Positions 12,244-21,497 of a DNA stretch of 64,000 nucleotides are shown piece after piece; positions within the stretch are counted from its first letter, which is position 1; the number at the start of each line of letters is the position of its first letter. The notes beneath the pieces are model-generated. The model saw nothing but the letters and a program-made list of their open reading frames with translations. It ran no database searches and was not told the DNA's origin. This DNA comes from Bugula neritina (Eukaryota; Animalia; Bryozoa): assembly GCA_964035545.1 (NCBI GenBank), contig OZ037766.1, positions 21,626,767 through 21,690,766 of the forward strand, written 5' to 3'. Both the position numbers and the translations under genes were made by a program.

Positions 12244-15200
12244 AACCCCCAGGGAAGAAGAAACGCAGGTCACCCAGACGGGTACCGCGTACTGGCAACC
12301 AACAGTGGCAACAGCCACGACGGACCAGCAAGGGGCTTCGCCCCGCGGCTGCCTTTTCTATGCCCCTTCACAACAGATTCACAGGGCTACAAGTCCAAGA
12401 ATCTGGATGGGAGCCCACAAAGGTAGCCGGGAATCTAGCCTCGGCACCCCCGAGGCCTACCTACCACCGCCCCAAGAGACCTCCTTCGCGACCCAAAGCG
12501 AGAGAGGTACTCCCTGCGAGAGTAAGGCCTGAAGAGAGAGTTCAGGTGCAGCCTCATGGGAACAGCTATTTCTTGCCCGGTAAACTGGAAGGCAAAGCTG
12601 TTACTTTCCTCATTGATTCGGGCTGTACCACAAACCTCTTAAGCCGCCAACTCTTCGACACCCTCAGTGCTAGGGTCAGGGGCGAGATGGAATCATACGA
12701 AGGGGAATACGGCACCCTAGCTGACGGGTCGTGCCTTCCCTTCTATGGTATAATTGAGCTGACGGGACGAGTCCGTGATCAAACGATCCAAGAGACGTTC
12801 ATAGTCAGTCAGCTCAAGGAGGATGCTATCCTCGAGATGCCGTTCCTAAAACGGCACGGATGTCACATAGATTTTAGCAGATCTGCCATGATGATGTCCG
12901 GGCGGGAACTCGCCTGCGTCGACAAGTTCGGCCGCCCTTTAGTGGGAGGTGTGCATGTGGTACGCAACCGTATCATACCAGGCCGCTCCCGGGCTACCAT
13001 TCACTGCAGGGTGAATAATAGCCGGATCTCTGGACTCGGGGTAGTTGAAGGCGCGCACGAAAAGATCCAACTTGCCAGCAGTCTGAATCAGCTGACTGAG
13101 CAAGGGGAGATCTTAGTGCAGTGCGTCAACCCCTTTACCGAGTCTATCAAGCTCCCAGCTGGGTCGATGCTGGGCCGTTTTCACTTTGTTCAGGAGGAAG
13201 ACGTAGGCCCGTCGCTGGGTGATGCGACAGAGGCACTCCCTCAGTGCCCTACTCAAGGGCGAGGGGCAGTCCCCACACATCTCCGGGAGTTGTATGACAC
13301 AGCCTGTAGCGGCTGCGCGAGTAACAGAGAACGCCAAGTTATGGCTAAGTTACTACGCGACTACGGTGATGTGTTCAGCAGCGGAGAGCATGACGTGGGA
13401 CTGACTGGAATTGTCAGACACGAAATACCGCTGACTGCAGGGACAGTCCCTGTCCGGCAGCCCACACGCAGGCTGGGGCCGGAGAAAGAGAAAGAGGTTA
13501 GCCGACAAGTACGGGATCTTTTGGACCGGGGACTGATAGAGCCCGCCCATAGTGCGTGGAGCTCGCCAGTCGTACTGGTCCGGAAGAAAGATGGCAGTTG
13601 GCGGTTCTGTGTGGATTACCGCAAACTCAATAGCGTAACCATACAGGACGCCTACCCTCTACCTCGTATTGACGAGTCATTGGACGCCCTAGCCGGCAGC
13701 AAGTACTTCAGTACGTTAGACTTGCTAAGCGGCTATTGGCAAATTCCTCTGAGTCCCGACGCCCAAGAGAAAGCGGCGTTTATCACACGGGACGGTTTGT
13801 GGAAGTGGAAGGTGCTGCCTTTCGGGTTGACCTCCGCCCCAGCCACCTTCCAGAGGCTGATGGAGCAAGTCCTCAGCGGGCTCCATTGGAAGACACTGCT
13901 GATCTACCTCGATGATGTCATCGTGATCTCCCCAGACTTCGAGACACATGTCAGTCGTCTGCAGGAGGTCTTTGAGAGACTCCGAGGTGCCGGTCTTAAG
14001 CTCAAGCCTTCTAAGTGCGCTCTATTGCAGACAGAGGTTAAGTACCTGGGGCACGTTGTCGGTCGAAACGGCGTGGCAACGGATCCCGAGAAGGTACGGG
14101 CAATAGAAGACTGGGTCACCCCCCAAGACCTGACCGGACTCCGGGCTTTCTTGGGGCTGGTAGGGTATTACAGACAATACATACCAGACTTTGCGGGCAT
14201 AGCACAGCCGTTAAACCGGCTCACCGCAAAGGGAGTGACGTGGCAGTGGACCCCAGTCGAACAAGAAGCGTTCGACCGCCTCAAGGGCTGCCTACTAACG
14301 GCGCCCATCTTGGCCTACCCAGACCCCACTCTGGAGTACATCCTCGACACCGACGCCAGTGACCAAAATGTTGGCGCTGTGCTGTCGCAAGTGCAAGAAG
14401 GCCGAGAAGTAGTAGTAGCCTACTACAGCAAGTCTCTCTCACCCACTGAACGAAACTACTGCACTACCCGCAAGGAGCTGCTGGCAGTAATCAAGTCAGT
14501 GAAGCACTTCAGACCATACCTATATGGCAGGAAGTTCCGGCTGCGTACGGATCATGCCTCGCTGATCTGGTTGTGCAAGAGAGCAGAGCCCTCTAGTCAG
14601 GTCGCCCGGTGGCTCGAAATCCTAGCTGAATTCTCATACCGGATCGAACATCGACCGGGCAAGAGACACAGCAATGCGGATGGGTTGAGTCGCCGACCTG
14701 ACGGAGGTTGCAAACAGTGTCTCCACATCGAGAGGAGGGATGGAGGTCCCCCGCGATGCGAGTTGGAGACGCTGGCTCACCACGGAGCACCGTTTGACTG
14801 GGACCAGGGTCAACTCAGGCAAGGAGTTGATGAGTCCCCGGAGGGTGTACAAAACCTCCGCGCCAACCCTGTACTGGCCGGTAATGTTCAAGAGCTGAAG
14901 AAGCTCCAAGAAGAGCTGCCTGGAGTCGTGGCAGACATATACCGGGCCAAAAGGGAAGGGCGACGACCCGGCGAGGAACGCATACGACAGGGATGCGCCG
15001 AGTTCCGGCTATACTGTCAGCGTTGGGACTCGCTGCGGATCGGGCAGGATGGGTTACTAACCATCTCTCTAGCTGCCAGCGGCAGACACCCGGAAAGGAA
15101 GAGGGTAGTCTGCCCCACGGCCATCCGCCGTGAGTTGATTTGGGATACTCACAAACAGGCCCACGCAGGGGTCAAGAGAGTGATGTCCAAATTACGACTC

Positions 15201-16763
15201 CGGTGGCATTGGCCACAAATGGAGCGTGACGTCCGACTCAGAGTCAAACAGTGTGAGATCTGCCAGGCCAGTAAGCATAGCCGCCCCCCTGGTGAAGCAG
15301 GACGGCGGAGGCTATATGCTGGTAGGCCCTGGCAAGTAGTCGCTGTAGACCTGGTCGGACCCATGCCCCTGACCCCCAGAGGCAATAATTGGATCCTAGT
15401 ACTAACCGACCACTTTACTAGGTGGGCGGATGCTCTGGCTATCCCAGATGCGTCAGCCCCAACAGTGGCCAGGGCACTAGACCAACATGTATTCTGTTAT
15501 TTTGGGCTCCCCGAACAGATACACTCTGACCAAGGCGCTCAATTCCAGTCTCAACTGATGAGCGACCTTTGCCACCTCTGGGGAGTAAATCAGAGCAGGA
15601 CCACCCCCTACCACCCTCAAGGTAACGGGGTGGTGGAGCGCAACAACCGGATGCTAGGTGATGCACTCCGGAGTCTCCTCCTTGGACGAGGTCAAGAGGA
15701 ATGGGATACGGTGTTGCCGCAAGTCATGCGTGCATATCGTAGCACCCCACACACCAGTACTGGTGAGACCCCAAACCTCTTGATGCTCGGGAGAGAGACT
15801 CGTGTCCCTGACCATCTCACCTATCACGTTCCAGAGCAAGGCAACTCGGTTCATGAGTATGCCAGTGAACTAGTGGAACGGATGAAGGCCGCACACGATA
15901 TACTGCGCGAACAGCAGTGGAAGGTGCGGCACGAAGATTCCGATGAACCACCCCTCTACCAAACGGGAGATAAGGTGTGGATGGTCAATTACCGTAAGCG
16001 TCGCGGACAGGCTGATAAACTGAAGCCTAAGTTCGTAGGACCCTACGTGATCGTCGAGGCTATGCCCAATCATACGTACAAGATTGAGCGCTCAGGACAG
16101 GTGTCTATCCAGAATGAGTCTTGCTTGAAACCGTATTGGGCTAGCCCCGACGGAGTGGGAGAAGCCCCCCCGTTGTTAGAGCCCAGGAGGCAAACAACAA
16201 CGCGCGGGCGACGGCGGCATGGACCTGAATACGAAGTGGTCATACCGCGGGAAGAAAACTTGGTGAGAGAGGAGCGGCAGCTTTTGTCAACAGAAGCGTG
16301 TCCGCCACCGCCAAGTCTAATTCCATCACTTCCGGAAACCGAGCCGGTTCCGGAAGTGCAAACCCCCACGGAGGGAGGGGCTCCATCCGGAGAACAAGAA
16401 GAGGTGACCGCTAACGGTGAAGTAGAGACGCCATTAGAGGCCCCTACTAACGAACCGGCAAGCGTGTCACCCCCCCTAGAAAGGGGACAGCGTACGAGGC
16501 AACCCCCCGCATACTTGAAGGACTTCATATGCGACTGCGTTAAAAGCGGCGTGTATGAAAGTCTAGGGGAAAACCGTACGAGAAAAGTATCGAGCAAATG
16601 TGGGAGTTGTCAACACCACGGAAATATCAACTTTTGTATCGGCGGAAATAGAAACAAAATTCATCCGCCGGGTGCACAAAGTCCTAATCACGCACCCCAA
16701 CCACGTTGCTCGATCTTTTCATACGCTGATGCAGTCAGGAGTAGACGTGTTTATAAGCAGTAG
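12132..16763 (+). CDS. pol: Pol polyprotein (protease, RT, RNase H, integrase), entered by -1 frameshift near 12198
   Basis: FLIDSG protease, LPFGL and YLDD RT, DTDAS RNase H, HHCC plus D-D-E integrase (VAVD, HSDQG, VVER), GPY/F motif; no stop codons. Confidence 0.97.
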   Translation: MLGVRKSRAFPPILSLPKSGVKLPRPADVPTSCGPTMKPPGKKKRRSPRRVPRTGNQQWQQPRRTSKGLRPAAAFSMPLHNRFTGLQVQESGWEPTKVAGNLASAPPRPTYHRPKRPPSRPKAREVLPARVRPEERVQVQPHGNSYFLPGKLEGKAVTFLIDSGCTTNLLSRQLFDTLSARVRGEMESYEGEYGTLADGSCLPFYGIIELTGRVRDQTIQETFIVSQLKEDAILEMPFLKRHGCHIDFSRSAMMMSGRELACVDKFGRPLVGGVHVVRNRIIPGRSRATIHCRVNNSRISGLGVVEGAHEKIQLASSLNQLTEQGEILVQCVNPFTESIKLPAGSMLGRFHFVQEEDVGPSLGDATEALPQCPTQGRGAVPTHLRELYDTACSGCASNRERQVMAKLLRDYGDVFSSGEHDVGLTGIVRHEIPLTAGTVPVRQPTRRLGPEKEKEVSRQVRDLLDRGLIEPAHSAWSSPVVLVRKKDGSWRFCVDYRKLNSVTIQDAYPLPRIDESLDALAGSKYFSTLDLLSGYWQIPLSPDAQEKAAFITRDGLWKWKVLPFGLTSAPATFQRLMEQVLSGLHWKTLLIYLDDVIVISPDFETHVSRLQEVFERLRGAGLKLKPSKCALLQTEVKYLGHVVGRNGVATDPEKVRAIEDWVTPQDLTGLRAFLGLVGYYRQYIPDFAGIAQPLNRLTAKGVTWQWTPVEQEAFDRLKGCLLTAPILAYPDPTLEYILDTDASDQNVGAVLSQVQEGREVVVAYYSKSLSPTERNYCTTRKELLAVIKSVKHFRPYLYGRKFRLRTDHASLIWLCKRAEPSSQVARWLEILAEFSYRIEHRPGKRHSNADGLSRRPDGGCKQCLHIERRDGGPPRCELETLAHHGAPFDWDQGQLRQGVDESPEGVQNLRANPVLAGNVQELKKLQEELPGVVADIYRAKREGRRPGEERIRQGCAEFRLYCQRWDSLRIGQDGLLTISLAASGRHPERKRVVCPTAIRRELIWDTHKQAHAGVKRVMSKLRLRWHWPQMERDVRLRVKQCEICQASKHSRPPGEAGRRRLYAGRPWQVVAVDLVGPMPLTPRGNNWILVLTDHFTRWADALAIPDASAPTVARALDQHVFCYFGLPEQIHSDQGAQFQSQLMSDLCHLWGVNQSRTTPYHPQGNGVVERNNRMLGDALRSLLLGRGQEEWDTVLPQVMRAYRSTPHTSTGETPNLLMLGRETRVPDHLTYHVPEQGNSVHEYASELVERMKAAHDILREQQWKVRHEDSDEPPLYQTGDKVWMVNYRKRRGQADKLKPKFVGPYVIVEAMPNHTYKIERSGQVSIQNESCLKPYWASPDGVGEAPPLLEPRRQTTTRGRRRHGPEYEVVIPREENLVREERQLLSTEACPPPPSLIPSLPETEPVPEVQTPTEGGAPSGEQEEVTANGEVETPLEAPTNEPASVSPPLERGQRTRQPPAYLKDFICDCVKSGVYESLGENRTRKVSSKCGSCQHHGNINFCIGGNRNKIHPPGAQSPNHAPQPRCSIFSYADAVRSRRVYKQ
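12192..12236 (+). promoter_or_regulatory. -1 programmed ribosomal frameshift signal
   Basis: Heptamer G_TTA_AAC (12192-12198) in gag frame, 5-nt spacer, perfect 9-bp stem CGGCCCGCA (12204-12212) / TGCGGGCCG (12228-12236); pol is in the -1 frame. Confidence 0.8.
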
Positions 16764-16787
16764 TCCAAACCATTTCACACATTAAGT

Positions 16788-17859
16788 ATGTCTTACGACA
16801 ACAGATCGTGGGGTGAGTTAACTATATCTTAATACGAAACTAGATTGCATCACTCAGCTCCGACTCACTGAGTCAATTGAGCTGGAGATAGGTTAGTGAA
16901 ATACCGTAGTAAGAACTCAGTTTGACTTAGAGATTTTTATAATCTCATTGCAATGCGTGTTCTATCTGACTATTCACTACCACAAATCTCTACGAGGTAA
17001 CTGAATTAGGAGTTGCCAAGCTATTCAAGCTGACAACACGGCAGTGTACTGTATTAACACTGTTGAAACTTTTTCAGATTACACTCGACCCGCTACAACC
17101 AGGGTACGGGATAGAACACTTCCCGCTCCACATCCGGAGGAGTATGCTAGTGGTGACCGGCCTGAGCCACTACGCCGCCGTTGGCGGTGGGTGGCTCCAC
17201 AAACAGAAGAAGAAATAGAAACGGCCTGGGGGTCCAGAGGACAGACGAGATGCCAGATTTGTGGTGAAGAATGCGCCTCTCACCGCTCCCTGAAACTACA
17301 CGTCAATGCTCATCTCCTACTAACATTCTGCCCCTGCGGGTACAATGATGTGTATCCCTACCCCGTCACCAGACATCGAGCGACGGGCTGTTTCCCTGGA
17401 GAAAACTACGTGGTCGACGCTAAGCTATACCCGGAGTTCCTCACACTTATACGACCCCTGGTGAAGAAGGCCATGCTGTTAGCCGTTCTGTCCTCGGGGT
17501 TCCAACGTGTATTAGACAACGCCCGCCAACAATCCCCGTTGGTGTCTGACCGCCCTCAGATTACATACACCCCCGAGGAGATTACATATCCAGAAGAAGG
17601 AGAGATCTCCCCTGCCCCGACGAAGAGACGAACTAGGTCCCCCAGTCCCCCCTTGCGCCGCAGACGGACACCGTCCCCAGACCCAGTACGCCTGGCCACA
17701 GTAGAAGAACGCCTCCTGCGACTACAAGAAGAATTCACCCAGCTGGCACCAGATCTACTTAACACTACAACAGGACTCTTCCAGCTAAAGGGATCCGTAT
17801 GCCGTATGAAACGGAAACTGCGTACATGCCAAGCCAAGCACCGGCGTGCCCAACAATGA
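16788..17859 (+). CDS. Spliced accessory ORF3 of the retrotransposon: zinc-finger, Arg/Ser/Pro-rich, coiled-coil protein (~268-274 aa)
   Basis: Main exon 17078-17859 follows acceptor TTTTTCAG. In-frame phase-1 donors at 16812 (mini-exon MSYDNRSW, G|GTGAGT) and 11332 (gag leader, AAG|GTGAGC). C2H2 finger CQICGEECASHRSLKLHVNAH. Confidence 0.75.
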
Positions 17860-18120
17860 CTCTGGTTCTGCTGCCGGAATAATCTGCCATTTCATCCTCT
17901 TGGGGAACCCAGGACCTCGTGTAAATGCTTGACTGCTCGACAGGTTATTCCCTGTCTAACCCCACAGCTAGCCGGTATCCCTCGTCTATAGCTGGTCAAT
18001 TGTAGGTAACGGATTGTTACAATGACTCTGCCTATTATTATGTCTCTTCCTGTGTATTATGTATTATTTTTGTCCACTGATGTATGCGGTTACTAATGAA
18101 TGTTTTTTTTTATATATATC

Positions 18121-18150
18121 AGAAAGAGGGCTTTCTGCTGGTGGGGGCGG
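18121..18150 (+). other. Purine-rich tract (PPT region) before the 3' LTR
   Basis: AGAAAGAGGG...GGTGGGGGCGG abuts the 3' LTR and includes a small hairpin CAGAAAG/CTTTCTG. Confidence 0.7.
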
Positions 18151-18455
18151 TGTGGTGGTTCGTGGAACTACCAGCAGCACAACATGTAGGGTCGCGTAAT
18201 TGACCCGGAACAATGGATAGCCAATTAGCGTATTTGATAGTTAGTAGCAATTATAGTTTCCCGCTGCTAAGTCAGTCGAAGCTAGAGTGTCAAATAGATT
18301 AGATGTATAACTTGTCTGAATATAATGTATCGTTTTTATAATGTATAATTGTGTGTAAAATATACTCGTTCACTCGACTTATCCTGGTGCAGTTCGATAG
18401 CAAATAAATAGACTCTCTGGATAGCATATCAACCCTAAATCTGAAAAACATAACA
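18151..18455 (+). repeat. 3' LTR (305 bp)
   Basis: Direct repeat of 10954-11258, followed by TSD GTAT. Confidence 0.97.
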
Positions 18456-19029
18456 GTATCACCATCAGCATACAAATACAGATCAGAGGTAATCAGAGAG
18501 TTACAGTATCAGTATGAGTATGTAAAAGTAAAATGTATTAACTTATTGAATAACTTACTGTTCTTAGACTAAGACTTATACTTAACTTAATCATTGTGAT
18601 TATGATTATAATGATAATCTCAATGATGATGATTAGATTTAGAAATACTCAAAAGTCAAAGTCAAATACTGAAATAGAATAAGAATCATACCAATAAATT
18701 TAATTATTCATAATAGCAAATGTGAAATTTTATGCTTTATTGATATGGAGATTTAAAATTATTGATATCAACATGAGTACCAATATTAATATACTTTCAT
18801 TGTCACAAACTTCACAGTTTATACATTTGCCATACCATAGTGATAGTAATACTAATAGTCATTGAATGATTGATCAGTGTTGAAAACTTCGAGTTTTTCA
18901 TAAAGACGAACTTGACTCGTGGTTTAGATCTAGTAAGTTTAAACTTTGAGTATCATTATAAGAATATTAAAATCGAGCACTCATTTTTCGGCTGTAATAT
19001 TTTCAGATCCCAGACTAGTTTCTGTTCAA

Positions 19030-19041
19030 CACCGGAAGTAT
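19030..19041. promoter_or_regulatory. ETS-type motif ACCGGAAGT in a candidate bidirectional promoter (HENMT1 / adaptor gene)
   Basis: Motif lies in a short ordinary-complexity island (~18870-19100) between two low-complexity tracts, between divergent genes. Confidence 0.35.
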
Positions 19042-21497
19042 TCCAGTTTTTGGCTTATCACTACATTTTACAGATGCGTTAAACACTCACAGCGACTGCC
19101 TCACTGTTCATGCTCATACTCATACTCATAGTCAATGTCATAGTGCATAGACCATCGTGATGGTAATAATAATCACACTAATAATAACCCGCTCAACAGA
19201 CATAGTATAAATAGTTGTTCAAGTTGTGGGCTTGTTAACAGTGCTACCTTTAATTCTAAGTTAATTCTAACAGTAACTGTAAGCGTAACACAGTAGCCGT
19301 AGGAGTATCAGTATGAGTATCAGTTTGGGTAAACACTGTTAGACTGTTAGTGTTAAACCTACTGTTAGTAGCGATAATACTAACAGTGACATTAACAGAA
19401 AATGTAAGTGTAGCAGTGACACTAACTTAAACTAAGTCAAATCCTAAAGTTAAACTTAAACTTAAAGTAAAAGTTTATCAGTTATGAGTTAATCATAATG
19501 ATAATGTTTAACTTTATGTTATTGTAATTGTTACGATTTTAATTTAATCAATATAACTATTAGTATTGGTGTGACTATCAGTACCACTATGATTGTGAGT
19601 ATCACTATGACTATCAGTATTACTGTCAAGTCACAAGTATCATGTCAGACACTAACAAAGGTTAAGAATTAGCAGTTATTTAATATTTATATTTAGCAGT
19701 TTTAATTATTTTAATGTTAATTTATTATAGTATCTATACTGTAATCGTGGGATCAGTAAAACTAAATGTAATCAGTAATGAGAATTAATTAGTATTACTT
19801 TGATTTTTAAATTTGATGAGTTATACATATTATTCCATCAATTACTAATTAGTATTGCTATTACTATTAGTATTTTTTAAGTTGAGGTTAAACCGATTCA
19901 ATTGAGTTTGATGATTTAATGATTATTCTCTCTTTTACTTTATTCTGTATTAATCTTATTATTGTAAATAAGAATCATACTACTAAGCTAGTTATAAATA
20001 ACCGTAACTTTAATTCCAATAATATTTTGGGTAGTCACTAGCTCCAGTAATTGTAATAGTAATACTAATACTACTTATAGTTATACTAATAATAATAGCA
20101 ATTGCTAATATACTAATAGTAATAGTAATTGCTAATATAATTTACTTGCACTTTGAGTTTACTTGAGTCGACTTAAGCTATGGTGATGGACTCCTTCGGG
20201 CTTCAGGCTGCTAAATTTTTTTAATCTTCTCTGTTTTGACTATGAAAGTCTAGACTCTAAACTCTAGAGGCTCACTCTTGGTTTAAATGTAAACCTGACA
20301 TGAATAGGTGACAAGTAAAGTGTACGTATTTGTTACTTAATCTGCTGCAAGTTTTTGAAATTTGATAGAAGTCTTAAAACTAAGTTAATTGAAATATTTC
20401 TTAAATAACCTTACTTTAGTTGTAAAACTAAAAACCATGCTTATTCTGTATAATACATGTATAGTAATATACAACTCATTAATTTTCTTTAAACAAGGTT
20501 TAAGTAAAGACTTTGTAACCATTTTTATAGTTAAGGGATTTTTTACTTCAGTTATTTCTTACGTATGTTGATGAATTTCACACCCATAATTATATGCATT
20601 TATCAGGTTTCTTTTTTAACTCATAACCCATAAATATTTTTCTGTTTTCATATTTTTCTACAGATGTTTAATACCAGGCTTTTATGAATCTGGAGTTATA
20701 CTTACTAGTTATTTTGTTAAACCTTCTTTTAGACTTGAAAAAAATAAATTATTTTTTGCCACTTTTCCAAATTGCTGATTGTATTCACGCGCTTTTCTAG
20801 TAAACTGATAGTGTTCTATTTTCAATAAATAATATAATAAATGTAAATATATAAATATAGTAACATCATATTAAAAAAAAATGATGTGTAGATGAAATTG
20901 CATTTACTTTAAGCCTTTGTCTGTGCTTTACCTTAGTTCTGCGCAATTGTACGTTTCTGCATTAATGGATATATAATGTACCTACAACTCATTATTTTGA
21001 TCTAATTTAGTTTAATAGTAATTGAAAAGGTAACAGGCATAGATATAGGGTTATATCAATCATTGAACTTTTTCTTATTAAGCATTTCTTTCATATCGCC
21101 TCTCTTGCTCTTTAACATAAAATAAATTTTTGTTTCATCAAAGTTTTGTTATAGTTGATATTTTTATATTTGAAAAAAAATTGAGACAGGGGAGCACTTT
21201 AAGTAGTTAAGTGAGTTAATAAATAATTTAAGTGCAGGTTTTTTTCTCATTTCGTATTCAACCTGTTTTATTTGCTCATCACGGCACCTGGTTGGAGTAA
21301 TCTTTCATAAACTTAAATTATAAACCTACATAATAGCTGCTATATGGTCTAGAAAAGTAGCTCTTATCTTCTAGTCATGTATACTGATTCCAAATTTATC
21401 ACAACCTTAGTAAATAAAGCTGGTTCTTATATTTTACTTTTAGATAAAAGCTAATCTAAATTCTTAGCAAGACAGTCATGTAAAGGCCAGCGCAAGT

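Larger units (their letters stand above)
10954..18455 (+). mobile_element. Full-length young Ty3/Gypsy LTR retrotransposon with an extra third gene
   Basis: TG...CA LTRs at 10954-11258 and 18151-18455, 4-bp TSD GTAT (10950-10953, 18456-18459), PBS, purine-rich tract, uninterrupted gag and pol in PR-RT-RH-IN order; far more GC-rich than the flanks. Confidence 0.98.

Noticed and set aside
11428-16597. Antisense ORFs within gag and pol
   Set aside because: Expected shadows of GC-rich coding sequence; no motifs.
17044-17859. ORF3 as an env gene, or starting at GTG 17044
   Set aside because: No signal peptide, furin site or TM anchor; the first 11 codons are AT-rich intron-like sequence ending in a splice acceptor.
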